DNA of 64,000 bases from a candidate division WOR-3 bacterium (lineage in GTDB: Bacteria; Hydrothermota; Tepidihabitantia; SM23-42; JAOAFX01). Of this stretch, positions 50,700-62,300 are shown one piece after another (the first letter of the stretch is position 1; every line of letters starts with the position of its first letter). The notes under the pieces were generated by a model. That model was not told the DNA's origin. It made no database searches and saw only the letters and a program-made list of their open reading frames with translations. The translations under genes were made by a program, and so were the position numbers. Location: NCBI GenBank assembly GCA_037444665.1, contig JBBILZ010000002.1:1-64000 (forward strand), in the 5' to 3' direction.

Positions 50700-51563
50700 A
50701 TGAGTAGACATCCTGTAAGAATCTCAGGTGAGAATCTTTACCATCACATCTTTGCCTGGGGCAATGACCGCCATCCTGTCTTCAGGTCAGCGTATCATTT
50801 TCAAAAATATCTCGGTCTATTAGAAAGTGAATCAACAAAGTTCAATGTAGAAGTAATCGCCTATGCTCTTATGGAGTGGCATATCCATCTATTTATCTTC
50901 GACCAGATGAATAAGATCTCAGAATTTATGGAAAACCTACATGGTAAATATGCCATATTTTTTAATAAAGAGACAGGTCGCGTTGGACATGTTTTTGGTG
51001 AACGCTATAACAATATAATTGTCCAGCCAAATATCTATGCCTTGTGGCTTTCCCGTTACATCCATCGCCAAGCCGTAGAAGCAGGTATTGTTAACAATCC
51101 AATTGATTATCCTTGGACAAGTTATCGCCAATATATTGGCTTGGAACCAATAAAATTTATAAAACCTCAGATAATTCTTGAGCAATTTGGCAATTCCAGT
51201 AAGAGTCTTAAAGAAATTGCTCAAAATTATAAAGATTTTGTACTTGATAAACAAGAAGAAACACAGATAGATTGGAATGATACAAGAATCAGGATTATCG
51301 GAGATTTAGACTATACAAAGGCGCTGACAAAGAGATTAGAAATCACCAAAAAACCAAGGATTGTTAAAGAAATCGTATTAAAAGAACTCAGTAAAAAATT
51401 GAATTGCACTGGTGACCAGCTTCTCGCACCAAGGGGAATAGAAGAGAAAAGATTGAGGCGAACGGCAGTAAATATTCTGGCGAAGGAATATGGGATGAAA
51501 ATTATTGATATCGCCCGGCTATTAAAAATCTCACGTTTTACAGTAATGAAAATAATCGGTTAA
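50700..51563 (+). mobile_element. REP-associated tyrosine transposase (RAYT, IS200/Y1 HUH family) with C-terminal HTH
   Basis: YHH...GNDR, AYALM..HIH (HUH), GHVF.ERY, YIH catalytic Tyr, YPWTSY; C-terminal IIDIARLLKISRFTV. Confidence 0.88.
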
Positions 51564-51664
51564 AAATCAACATTTTCCTGCCTGCCAGAAAAGTGTTGAT
51601 TTTTGCTCATTTTTCAACTATTCTTTGCCTGGCAGGAAATGCGGCAGGAAATGGTTGGTTTTTG
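51562..51664. repeat. Right hairpin flank of RAYT
   Basis: aaaaatcaac...gttgattttt stem with a ctgcctgccag loop, then a second related hairpin. Confidence 0.85.
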
Positions 51665-51676
51665 TGTTTATATGTT

Positions 51677-52087
51677 TTAAAATGCAGATTGGATGGCCAG
51701 TGTTGATAGCACACCTAAAATAAATACTCCTCCTAAACAACCAAGAACCTTTAATTTTGCTTTGCCCGGTGCAGATTTTACTGCCTGATAATTCAAATCA
51801 ACAATTGTTTCTCTATCCGATTCTATCCTCACCTTTACAATTCCTTCGCCATATTTTGCAATTCGCCATAAAGCACCGAGATTGCCGTTTTTAAATTGAT
51901 AGGATGCGGTCTCAATAGAATCCTGAGGAAAGAAACCAACATTATATTCGTCAGGCTTTAATGGATATTTGATTATCGGCGTCTTACCAATAAAATCGTC
52001 ATCAACAAAGATAGAGAGTCCTTCTTTTTCTGCCCGAACAGTTAAATAGCCATCATTTAATTGCAGGAATATTATAAGTATTAACAT
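51677..52087 (-). CDS. PEGA-domain membrane protein
   Basis: GYLTV...IFVDDDFIGKTP; C-terminal TM. Confidence 0.75.
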   Translation of the reverse strand: MLILIIFLQLNDGYLTVRAEKEGLSIFVDDDFIGKTPIIKYPLKPDEYNVGFFPQDSIETASYQFKNGNLGALWRIAKYGEGIVKVRIESDRETIVDLNYQAVKSAPGKAKLKVLGCLGGVFILGVLSTLAIQSAF

Positions 52088-52170
52088 AATTTTATTATAC
52101 CTAAAAATATTCCCGGGTCAAGACAGGATAGGAATTATTGACACTACTCTTTATTTTTGTATAATTTTAT

Positions 52171-52848
52171 ATGGATATAAAGGAAAATATCAGAATATTA
52201 AAAGAACGGATTGAAAAAACAGCGGTCAGGGTCGGTCGTAATCCAGATGAGATAACAATCATTGCGGTCACGAAAACAGTTCCTGCACAAATCATACTTC
52301 AGGCAATTGATTGTGGTATAAATATAATTGGTGAGAATCGTGTGCAGGAAGCGAAAGAAAAGTTTCCCATTATCGGTAATCGTGTGCAATGGCATATGGT
52401 TGGACATCTGCAGACCAATAAAGTAAAAGATGCGTTAAAGATATTTTCCCTTATCCATAGTCTTGATTCTATTAAACTTGCTGAAGAGATTGAGAAAAGG
52501 GCAGAAACAACCATTGACTGCCTTATTGAAGTGAATACCTCGTCCGAACCAACAAAATTTGGTATAAAACCTGAAGAGTTATTTAATTTTTACGAATCAT
52601 TAAAAAATTTCAAAAAAATAAATGTCCTCGGTTTGATGACCATTGGTCCGGGCTGGGCAATCACTGAACCTGAGGCTTCGCGCAACCCTTTTAAATTATT
52701 GCACGACCTGCGCGACGAACTTGCCCAGGCATTTGACCGAGATTTTCCAATTTTATCAATGGGAATGACTTCAGATTTTGAGGTAGCAATTGAAGAAGGT
52801 GCAAATATGATAAGGATTGGTACTGCTATCTTTGGACCGAGAAAATAA
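52171..52848 (+). CDS. yggS: PLP homeostasis protein YggS
   Basis: IAVTKT, GENRVQE, WHMVGHLQTNK, LSMGMTSD, RIGTAIFG. Confidence 0.96.
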   Translation: MDIKENIRILKERIEKTAVRVGRNPDEITIIAVTKTVPAQIILQAIDCGINIIGENRVQEAKEKFPIIGNRVQWHMVGHLQTNKVKDALKIFSLIHSLDSIKLAEEIEKRAETTIDCLIEVNTSSEPTKFGIKPEELFNFYESLKNFKKINVLGLMTIGPGWAITEPEASRNPFKLLHDLRDELAQAFDRDFPILSMGMTSDFEVAIEEGANMIRIGTAIFGPRK

Positions 52849-52849
52849 A

Positions 52850-54334
52850 ATGGAAGACCAGAAAAAATGTATTGAAGAAATAAATTGCCTGAATCAGTGG
52901 CGGAGTTATCAGAGTACACTCTCTTTTATCCTCTATGTAGCAATAAAGAGATTGTTTCCTGACTCACATCTGCGTATTGAACATTCAATAAGTCAGGGTT
53001 TTTATTGCCTGCTTAATCATCCGATTCATGATAAGGAGCTAATGGCAATTGATTTAATGATGCGCGAAATCATCAAAGCAGATATTCCCATAAAAAAGTT
53101 TATTTTATCCAAGCCAAAGGCAATCAAGTTATTTGAACAACAGAAACAGAAAGACAAGGTCAGATTCTTGAGAAACATCAATATTAGCAAGATTGTAGTA
53201 TACTCGCTTGATGGCTACTATGGTTTATATCCGAATCCACCATTTGAAAGAACCACAATGGTAGATAAATTTTATCTTACAAATTTTCCACCAGGATTTA
53301 TTATTGTTTTTCCCTGCTGGCATAATCTTGATTCACTACCCCCTTATATTCCCCAGCCTAAACTTGCCCGTATATTTAACGAATATCTTAACTGGGTTCA
53401 AATTCTCGGCATTACTGATATTGCTGATTTAAATCAGGCAATAAGGTCTGGTCAGGGCTCAGATATTATCAGGGTGAGTGAGGCTCTCCATGAAAAGAAG
53501 ATTGTCTATATTGCTGACCGTATTACATCAGAAAAGAAAAGGGTCGTTCTGATTGCAGGACCAAGCAGTTCAGGAAAGACAACCTTTACAAAGAGGCTGG
53601 CAGTGCAATTAATGGTCAATGGCTACAGGCCAATTATGGTCTCCACTGATGACTACTTTCTGCCACACAATAAAACGCCGAGGGATAAATTTGGCAGATT
53701 GGACTTTGAATCAATCAGGGCTGTGGATATCCCTTTATTGAATAAACATTTACTCTCTATTATTAAAGGTGAAAGAATCCTCATGCCGAAATTCAATTTT
53801 ACTACGGGTCAACGTATCAAAGGCAGGGATGTTCAACTTCCTAAAAATGGCATTGTTATGGTTGAAGGGATACACTGTTTGAATGAAGAATTAACACCAC
53901 ACATTCCAAAATCCATAAAATTCAAAATTTATATAAGTGCCCTTACCCAGCTCAATATTGATGACCAGAATCGTATCTCAACGACCGACACCAGGATGAT
54001 GCGGAGAATAGTCCGTGATACACATTATCGTGGTTATACTGTTCAGGGTGTCCTCATTCAGTGGGGCAGGGTAAGAATAGGTGAAGAACAGAATATCTAT
54101 CCATTCCAGGAAGAAGCAGACGAGATGTTCAATTCGGCACTGATTTATGAATCTGCTGTTTTAAAAAAATATTGTGTTCCAATCTTAACAAAGATTAAAA
54201 AGGGTAATCCTTTATATCAAGAAGCAAAAAGATTGCAGGATTATTTTGCATTGTTTTATGATTTGCCAGACCGAGATGTGCCATCAAATTCAATCTTAAG
54301 GGAATTCATTGGCGGTAGCTCGTTCGTGTATTAG
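52850..54334 (+). CDS. Nucleoside (uridine) kinase with ThrRS-like N-terminal domain
   Basis: EALHEKKI, IAGPSSSGKTT, STDDYF, EGIH, RRIVRD, NSILREFIGGS; start ATG 52850. Confidence 0.88.
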   Translation: MEDQKKCIEEINCLNQWRSYQSTLSFILYVAIKRLFPDSHLRIEHSISQGFYCLLNHPIHDKELMAIDLMMREIIKADIPIKKFILSKPKAIKLFEQQKQKDKVRFLRNINISKIVVYSLDGYYGLYPNPPFERTTMVDKFYLTNFPPGFIIVFPCWHNLDSLPPYIPQPKLARIFNEYLNWVQILGITDIADLNQAIRSGQGSDIIRVSEALHEKKIVYIADRITSEKKRVVLIAGPSSSGKTTFTKRLAVQLMVNGYRPIMVSTDDYFLPHNKTPRDKFGRLDFESIRAVDIPLLNKHLLSIIKGERILMPKFNFTTGQRIKGRDVQLPKNGIVMVEGIHCLNEELTPHIPKSIKFKIYISALTQLNIDDQNRISTTDTRMMRRIVRDTHYRGYTVQGVLIQWGRVRIGEEQNIYPFQEEADEMFNSALIYESAVLKKYCVPILTKIKKGNPLYQEAKRLQDYFALFYDLPDRDVPSNSILREFIGGSSFVY

Positions 54335-54354
54335 ATACAATCTAAATCAATTAT

Positions 54355-54524
54355 TCGCTACTTACTATCTACTACTTACTACTTACTATTTCACCTACTG
54401 CCCTTCCCTATCCACATAGGATTACAACTTCATTTTTTTTTCTTTGTCTCTGAGTCCTCTCCACTTTTCTGACTTATCGGCTGGCTTTTGCCAACATAGA
54501 ATGCCTCATAAATGAGGCAACTAC
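54355..54524 (-). repeat. Partial mosaic repeat plus a GTAGTTGCC REP
   Basis: (ctactta)n 7-mers and atccac module at 54355-54420; atgcctcataaatgaggcaactac at 54501-54524. Confidence 0.75.
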
Positions 54525-54633
54525 AAAAATTTCTAAAAATATAAGCGAGAGTAAAAGTGGGGAGGACTCAGTTTGTTTTATCCGTCTTGACATTCGGTGA
54601 TTTTTTTATATAATAGGATATTAACGACATCAC

Positions 54634-54708
54634 GGGGTCGTAGTTCAGCATGGTTAGAACGCCTGCCTGTCACGCAGGAGGTCGCGAGTTCAAGTCTCGT
54701 CGGCCCCG
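54634..54708 (+). tRNA. tRNA-Asp(GTC)
   Basis: Acceptor GGGGTCG/CGGCCCC, CCTGC-CTGTCAC-GCAGG anticodon arm; CCA not encoded; promoter at 54587-54614. Confidence 0.97.
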
Positions 54709-54753
54709 TTTTTATACCACTTGACACAAATAACATTATAGTTATAATTGTCA

Positions 54754-55731
54754 ATGAAGATAATAAAATTTATATTACCAATCCTCATTTTTTCGTTGCT
54801 TTTTGGGCAGGAGGAATATGAGCCCCTTGCAGAAAAAATAAAAAAAGTAAGTGAAGACTTACTTGAAGGTTATACCCAGCCATTGATTACCTCATTTGGA
54901 ACTGGCATATCAACCGGTTTATTCCATACTGCACGCAGCCATAAAACACTGGGGTTTGATATTGGTGTAAGAGTAATGTATATTCAGATCCCTGAATTTG
55001 CAAAATATTTTGATGCCAAAGTCTTCATAAATTCACTGGCTAATAATAAACTTGATTATGATTCACTGGTTCTGGATAGCACGAGCACAATATTTGGACC
55101 AAAGACCCGAACCGATGTTCCTGTATCAGGCAGTGCAGTTGGAATCCCTCCATATATTCCTGGTGGTTTTGCTCTATCGGGTGTTCCACTGGCAATACCC
55201 CAGTTGAATGTTGGTATTATTATGGGCTCTGAACTGGTTATCCGATACCTCCCGTTTACATTTAAAGGTTCAAAGGTCAGTTTCCTGGGTCTCGGTTTAA
55301 AACAACATCTTAATGGTTTACCATTTATGAAGACTGTGCCTTTGCCCGTTGATATTGCTTTTGGTGGTGCATTGCAGGATTTTGGAATAGAGGATTCAAA
55401 TGGCTATCAAATTGTTAATAGCCATACCTGGAATCTACAATTAATTGTTTCCAAGAACTTGATTGCATTTGAGCCAATGGTAGGATTTGGTTTTGAGGGA
55501 ACAAAGGTCTATTTTAAGTATGACTTTGAATATGAAATTCCTGACACACTGCATCCTGGAATGAATATCACAGTCAAAGACAATGTTGACCTTGAACTTA
55601 TAGCCCAGAATAGTTATCGGGCAATCATTGGGTTCACCTTTAAATTGGGAATCTTCTATCTCCATTATGATTATAATCTGGTGCCCCATTATAAAACACA
55701 TAATGCGATTTTGGGGTTCAGTTTGAGATAG
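54754..55731 (+). CDS. Putative outer-membrane protein (DUF6588-like)
   Basis: Signal peptide, GLFHTA..HK.LGFD, PQL..G, RYLP, C-terminal beta-strands; family call from memory. Confidence 0.65.
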   Translation: MKIIKFILPILIFSLLFGQEEYEPLAEKIKKVSEDLLEGYTQPLITSFGTGISTGLFHTARSHKTLGFDIGVRVMYIQIPEFAKYFDAKVFINSLANNKLDYDSLVLDSTSTIFGPKTRTDVPVSGSAVGIPPYIPGGFALSGVPLAIPQLNVGIIMGSELVIRYLPFTFKGSKVSFLGLGLKQHLNGLPFMKTVPLPVDIAFGGALQDFGIEDSNGYQIVNSHTWNLQLIVSKNLIAFEPMVGFGFEGTKVYFKYDFEYEIPDTLHPGMNITVKDNVDLELIAQNSYRAIIGFTFKLGIFYLHYDYNLVPHYKTHNAILGFSLR

Positions 55732-55846
55732 TCGCCTTCGCAAAAAATATCCTTTCTGCTTGAACAGGATAACAGAAATCATCTGTTTATTTAACTTGAC
55801 ATAGGAATTTTTTTTATTATAATTATAGCTTATAGAAAGGAGGCTA

Positions 55847-56233
55847 ATGCCAACAATAAATCAACTTGTTAGATTTGGACGAAGAAAGGTTGAAGAGAAG
55901 AGTCGGGCACCGGCATTGACCGGTAATCCGCAAAGAAGGGGTGTCTGTACCAGGGTCTATACAACAACCCCGAAAAAACCCAATTCTGCCTTGAGAAAGG
56001 TTTGCAAGGTCAGAATGACAAATGGTTATGAGGTTACTGCCTATATCCCTGGTGAGGGCCATAACCTCCAGGAACACTCTATTGTTCTGGTGCGCGGTGG
56101 CAGGGTAAAGGATTTACCCGGAGTCCGTTATCATATTGTGCGCGGTAAATACGATTCAGCAGGTGTTGAAGATAGAAAAAAGAGCCGTTCTCTATATGGG
56201 GCAAAACGTCCTAAAGCAGCAGCAACATCTTAA
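55847..56233 (+). CDS. rpsL: 30S ribosomal protein S12
   Basis: [32 protein letters not shown]. Confidence 0.99.
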   Translation: MPTINQLVRFGRRKVEEKSRAPALTGNPQRRGVCTRVYTTTPKKPNSALRKVCKVRMTNGYEVTAYIPGEGHNLQEHSIVLVRGGRVKDLPGVRYHIVRGKYDSAGVEDRKKSRSLYGAKRPKAAATS

Positions 56234-56242
56234 GGAGGTAAA

Positions 56243-56713
56243 GTGGGTAGAAGAAGAAGGGCAGCGATAAGAAAGGTCCAGCCAGACCCTAAGTTTAATA
56301 GCATAATCGTAAGCAAATTTATCAATAACCTTACCTGGGATGGCAAGAAAAGCATTGCCCAGAAAATCTTTTATGGCGCGCTTGAGCGAATTGAAAAGAT
56401 AACCAAGGAAGATGGGCTCGTGGTATTTGAAAGGGCACTAAACAATGTAAAACCAATCCTTGAGGTCCGTCCGCGCAGGGTTGGTGGAGCAACCTACCAG
56501 ATACCAATGGAAGTTAGACCAAACCGTAAAGAGAGTCTGGCAATAAAATGGATAATCCAGTCTGCAAGGGAAAGGGCTGAACATGAAATGGAAGAAAGGC
56601 TCGCCCAGGAAATAATTGCCGCAAGCAAGAACGAAGGCAATGCAATAAAACGGCGTGAAGAAGTTCATAAAATGGCAGAAGCCAACAAAGCCTTTGCCCA
56701 TTTCCGCTGGTGA
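56243..56713 (+). CDS. rpsG: 30S ribosomal protein S7
   Basis: DGKKS, RRVGGATYQ, HKMAEANKAFAHFRW. Confidence 0.99.
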   Translation: MGRRRRAAIRKVQPDPKFNSIIVSKFINNLTWDGKKSIAQKIFYGALERIEKITKEDGLVVFERALNNVKPILEVRPRRVGGATYQIPMEVRPNRKESLAIKWIIQSARERAEHEMEERLAQEIIAASKNEGNAIKRREEVHKMAEANKAFAHFRW

Positions 56714-56714
56714 T

Positions 56715-57662
56715 ATGAATTTAAAGGCTTTAAAAAATTCTGCACAGATTGTTATCAAGCAGTGCCTTGGTATTGCAAAAGGTGAAAGTGTAGTAATTAT
56801 CACCGATAAGCCATGTAGACAGATTGGTGAAGTCATGTGGGAACAACTTCCTGATAAAACAAAGTCTTTGCTTGTAGAGATTGCACCCACAGGAGGTCAT
56901 GGTAAAGAACCACCTCCACTCGTTGCTGAACTCGTAAAAAAATGTGATGCCTTTATCATTCCCACAAGTTTTTCTTTGACCCATACCCGGGCGCGGATTG
57001 AGGCAACAAAGTTAAAAATTCGTGGGGCAACAATGCCGGGTATTACTGCAGATGTTATGGTCCGCACCCTTAATGCTGACTACCATAAGATTGCCCGATT
57101 AACAAAAAAGATGGAAGAACTATTAACCCGCACAAAAGATGTGATTATAAAGACCGGAAAAGATGCAGAACTTTATCTCAATATTAGTTCTCGTAAGGGC
57201 CACCCTGATACAGGCACCATTAGAACCCCTGGAAGTTTTTCCAATTTACCCGCAGGCGAGGCATATTGTGCTCCATTAGAAGATAAATCCGAAGGAAAAG
57301 TTATTATAGACGGTTCGTTTGCTCCTTTAGGCTTACTTAAAAGACCAGTTACACTTATTATCAAATCAGGTAAAATAGTAAAACTCATTGGCAACAAAGA
57401 ATTAGAAAGAATTTTTGAAAAGGCAGGTGAAAAAGCAAGGGTTCTGTGTGAATTGGGTATTGGGACAAATTACAAAGCCACAATTACTGGTAATGTTTTA
57501 GAGGACGAAAAGGTCATAGGCACTGTCCATCTTGCATTCGGAAATAATCTTGGTTTTGGCGGAACCAATAATGCAAAGATACACCTTGATGGTGTTATCA
57601 GAAAACCCTGGGTCTGGTTTGATAATAAATTAGTAATTAAGCAGGGCAAAATTCTAAATTAA
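56715..57662 (+). CDS. M29-like (thermophilic leucyl) aminopeptidase
   Basis: SLTHTRAR, NLPAGE, ELGIGTN, EDEKVIGTVHLAFG, HLDGV; start ATG 56715. Confidence 0.85.
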   Translation: MNLKALKNSAQIVIKQCLGIAKGESVVIITDKPCRQIGEVMWEQLPDKTKSLLVEIAPTGGHGKEPPPLVAELVKKCDAFIIPTSFSLTHTRARIEATKLKIRGATMPGITADVMVRTLNADYHKIARLTKKMEELLTRTKDVIIKTGKDAELYLNISSRKGHPDTGTIRTPGSFSNLPAGEAYCAPLEDKSEGKVIIDGSFAPLGLLKRPVTLIIKSGKIVKLIGNKELERIFEKAGEKARVLCELGIGTNYKATITGNVLEDEKVIGTVHLAFGNNLGFGGTNNAKIHLDGVIRKPWVWFDNKLVIKQGKILN

Positions 57663-57667
57663 ATCTT

Positions 57668-59344
57668 TTGATTTGGTTTTTATTTATTACCCTTCTTACA
57701 AACAAAACAATCTCAAAGATTACATTTGAAGACAATAAATCCATTAAGAGTAGAGAACTTTCCCAGATAATCATATCCCGTCCCAAAGAATTATTCAGCG
57801 AATTTAACATCATCCAGGATATTAATAGGATTAAACGATTTTATACTGAGCGTGGATTTTTTGATACAAAAGTTGAATCAACAATAAAAGAAATGGAAGA
57901 ATCTGTAGCGGTGGTTTTCAAAATCATTGAAGGAATACAACCGAAGATTAAAGAAATTAGATTTTTAAATGAAGATAATAAAAATCTCCATAAATTATTA
58001 GTAATTGAAAAAAATGATTTTTTCCTTCAGGAAAGGATAAAAAAGTCTGCAGATGCTATTGAAGCATTTTACAAAAACCAGGGCTATGCATTTGCGCAGG
58101 TACAAACCCGTATTGTTCCTGATTCTGGTATATTAATTTTTGATATCCAGAAAGATAAAATATATTACATTAATGATATTGCCATCAAAGGCTTGAAGTT
58201 CTGTAATCCATCTGTTGTTCATCATGAAATTGAATTAAAAAAGGGGGATACCTATAGTCGTAAAAAAATCTTAAATAGTCAGTTGCGCATATACCGCTTA
58301 GGATTTTTCAGCACTGTTGATATTGACCTGGTTAAAATATCTGATGATACACTTAATATTGTTTTTAATGTACGGGAACTGAAATCAAGAATCTTTAACT
58401 GGGGTATCGGCATCTCCCTTCCTTTGAGCTTTATTATATCTATTGGACTTGAAGAAATGAACCTTTTTAATGCAGGACATCGCTTTAAGATTCAGCCGTC
58501 CTTCAAAATAAATATCAAAAAAGAATGGGAAGCAAAGGTTGACCTTTTATATTCAATTGCCTATTTCACAAACCTGAGATTGAGCCCTTCAATCCTTCCA
58601 TTTTACTGGTATGAAAATAAGCAGGATTTTATTCGCAAATCCTGGGGCAGTGAATTTAGAATTTCAAGAATTTTCAGTGAAAACATTCAGGCAAATATTG
58701 CTAATAAATACAAGTATACTGATATAGAGATGAAAACCGAACTGCCTGATACATTCTCCGGCACAACCAATAGTATAAAATTACAATTGATGTACGATTA
58801 TCGCAATGAATTCTTTAATCCGAGGTCAGGAGTATACTTTGTGCCCCTGGTTGAATATGCAGGTGGTATATTTGGTGGCTCAAATCACTATCTCCGATTT
58901 GAGGCTGAGGTGCGCCATTTCCAGAATTTTTTGTTGGGGAAAAAAAATATCCTTGCCCAGCGATTAAAAATGGGAATTGTAATCCCCACTGATGGCGTGA
59001 GCCTTGATGAAAAATATTATCTTGGCGGACAGTACAGTATCAGAGGTTATCCCGAAAAATCAATTGGTCCGGATTCACTGCAGGATGAACATTATGGAGA
59101 AGTATTAATGAATTTTAACCTTGAGGATAGATTTTCTGTATACAAAAACTTCGGGATAGTGCTATTTCTTGATGTGGGTTATATTGATAATAAAGACAAT
59201 ATTTTTAGAAGTGAATTTTTCAAAGCGAGCACCGGTATCGGGCTCAGATATTATACACCCATCGGTCCAATTCGTGCTGATATAGGTATACCCATTACTG
59301 ACCGGGGAAAAGAATTTTATTTGGGAATATACCACATCTTTTAA
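57668..59344 (+). CDS. Omp85 family protein (TamA-like)
   Basis: POTRA repeats, YLGG..SIRGY, GLRYYTPIGPIR.D, terminal Phe; next to a TamB-like gene. Confidence 0.9.
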   Translation: MIWFLFITLLTNKTISKITFEDNKSIKSRELSQIIISRPKELFSEFNIIQDINRIKRFYTERGFFDTKVESTIKEMEESVAVVFKIIEGIQPKIKEIRFLNEDNKNLHKLLVIEKNDFFLQERIKKSADAIEAFYKNQGYAFAQVQTRIVPDSGILIFDIQKDKIYYINDIAIKGLKFCNPSVVHHEIELKKGDTYSRKKILNSQLRIYRLGFFSTVDIDLVKISDDTLNIVFNVRELKSRIFNWGIGISLPLSFIISIGLEEMNLFNAGHRFKIQPSFKINIKKEWEAKVDLLYSIAYFTNLRLSPSILPFYWYENKQDFIRKSWGSEFRISRIFSENIQANIANKYKYTDIEMKTELPDTFSGTTNSIKLQLMYDYRNEFFNPRSGVYFVPLVEYAGGIFGGSNHYLRFEAEVRHFQNFLLGKKNILAQRLKMGIVIPTDGVSLDEKYYLGGQYSIRGYPEKSIGPDSLQDEHYGEVLMNFNLEDRFSVYKNFGIVLFLDVGYIDNKDNIFRSEFFKASTGIGLRYYTPIGPIRADIGIPITDRGKEFYLGIYHIF

Positions 59345-59348
59345 TTTT

Positions 59349-62300
59349 ATGAAAAAATTTATTATTACCTTTACCATTATTGCAGTAATTATAATTGCCG
59401 GCATTATTGCAATTAATGTGGTTGATTGGGGCAGATTGACAATAAATATCCTTAAAAAGACCACAGGTTATGATATTACTTATGAGAAGCTGGATGGTAG
59501 TATATTCAAAGGATATTTACTACAGAATTATGTAATAAAGCTATCTGCGACCGACAGCATTTATGGAAAACAGGCGCAAATTGGTTATCGTCTATCTTTT
59601 TTAAGTTTCCGGTTACCGACTCTGTTTCAGATAAATCTACTGGAGCCGAACATAAATATTAAAGCCAAAAAACCGGGCGCAGAAACAGGCAAATTCAGTA
59701 TTCCAGGCATAAATCTGTCATTACGTATCAATGTTAAGAACGGCAGGTTAATTTATGAAAACGAAAAGTCTTATGAGATAGACCATATTTCAGGATTAAT
59801 ATATATTGATTTCCTGGGGAAAAATTTTTATATCACGACCATGAACCTTAGTTTATCAAGCCCTGGGTATCCAATAACTATTTATTCTGCAAATATCTCT
59901 GTGAACATAAGCCCTGATAAATTTGATCTGAATTCGTTCCAGATAAAAGGTAAGGGGATAATGCTCCAGGGTAGTGGTCTATATTTGACCAAACAGAAAG
60001 ATTTTTTGCTCAATGTAAAAAGTGGAAACATAGATTTTGACCAGATAGGAGTAATGACGGGTAAGGTAAATTTTTCCGGTAAAATACATTTTGCGCGAAA
60101 TAAATGGATACCATTGGTTCAAGGAAGAGCACAACAGATTTATGCCTTTGACCAATTTAATTTTGAATCAAATATCCTTGGTGATACAATAATTTTAAAT
60201 GTATTTGATGGTCAGGTACTCGGAGGAAATTTCTCAGCACAATTAAAATTTCCCAATCTAAGGGAATATGCAATTGAAACTAATTTTCGCAATATTGATA
60301 TCGCACAATATTTCAAACTCAATAGACCACTTTTGATAAATGGCAAACTCGGTTTTAAAGAACATAAATTTTTTGGTGTTGTCAACTCACCAGCAGAAAA
60401 TGGTCTGGCAATAGAGACCCTTTATGTTGCTGGAGTATTTGAAAAAAATAAGATTTTTATTGACACACTAAGTATCAATGAGGAAGACCTAAAACTCGTT
60501 GCCAGTGGTATGCTCTATCCGGATATTGAATTGTGGTTCAAACTGGATAAAATAAATCTTGAAAGACTGAGCGCACTATACCCATTAAAAGGATTTGTAT
60601 CAGGTAGTTGCAATCTCAATGGCAGATTCAGTGAATTAGCAAATACATCTTTTGATGCAAACATCGGACTGGTTGATTTTGCTACTGGTGAATTTTATAT
60701 CAATAGTAGTAAAATAAAATTTGAAAAATTTGTCTGGAAAAAAGGGGTTGAAAATTTAAATGTGGAGATTGATTCATTTTGCTTTAAAGATTATTATTTG
60801 AATAATCTCTCACTGAATATTATTAAAGATTCATTTATCATGGATGCATCTCGTAAAAATGATACATTATTAGCATCCGGCAAGATAAATGGTGACCTAA
60901 CTGGTAGCATAGATTCTTTGCGCATTGTCTATAATGAGACAGGCATTGCTAATATTGAGCCAATTTCATTTGATATCCTTAACAAAAAATTAGGTGCATT
61001 TCGCCTGCATTTTGCACAGGGAGAAATTTACGCATCAATCAATGATGGCAAGATCTCCTTTGTAGACCTCAACCTTGAAGAGTTGAGCACATTCATTGGT
61101 TTAAAAGAAAAAATCAGAGGAAGATTCAATCTAAAATTAGAGAAAAATACTCTGTCAGTTGATGCGCACAGTATATTTTACCGCGGGTTAAATAATGGTA
61201 AGGTTTTAATTCGGGGTGATTATCTCAAGAATAAAATCAATATAAAAGAATTATCCATCACGGATGATAATAATCAATCACTGACTGCACGGGGTATCTT
61301 TTCTTTAGAGGACTCAAAAATAAATTTGCAATTTAAGGATGTAAGACCCTGGGTCTTTCCTTTTTTGAATTCATTTATGGATAGCCCTGATGGATTGATG
61401 AATGGAGAGATAGATTTTGCGGGCAATCTGAGAGAATTTAAAATTACTGGCGAGGCAGAAGTAAAAAACGCGAGGTTCGGCATAAATCTAATAGGGGCAA
61501 GATTTGACTCTGGTTATGCAAAGGTAAAATTCAAAGAAAATCAAATTATTTTTGAATCAATGAAAGCACAGGTCTATTCTGTCAGTCTATTACATTCAAC
61601 CAATCACAGCTGGGCAACCGGCGGTGGCATTGTTAAATTAGAACCTAAATTTCGCGTGCGTAATCTATATTTTGATTTCAGTTTTCAAAATGCACCATTG
61701 CAATATCAAAATTATGCCTATGGTATCGGCACAGGAAATTTTTCAGTAAGTATGAAAGATGAAGTGATGTTCTATAATGGAAATATAAATATAAAAGAAG
61801 GAGTCGTCCCTGTTGAATTTGGCACTTATCTTGGAGCGAGTGGTGAAGCAGAAGAAAAAGAATGGCACATAAATCTGAAGTTAAGCGGTGATAGAAATAT
61901 CTGGCTGCGCAACCGCGATGCAGATATTGAATTTGGTGGTGAGGTCTATGTTATAAAAGAACAAACCCCACTTTATATCTCAGGCACATTAGAAACAAAG
62001 CGAGGCAATTATTATTGGTTAAATCACATATTGAAGATAACCAGTGGCAAAATAACCTTTATCCCGCAGGAGGTGATTGACCCGGAACTTGATTTCTGGG
62101 CAGAACTGAATACCCGCGAAAAGGACCCGAATACCAACCAGGAAATTAAGATTATTCTCCATTGCACTGGACCAATCTCTGAACCGGTATTTGAATTCTT
62201 TTCTGAACCACCCATTTATAGTGAACAGGATATTTTGACCTATATGAATCTTAACATAACCTGGCAGCAACTTGAATCAATGAAACAGGGTGAATATGTA

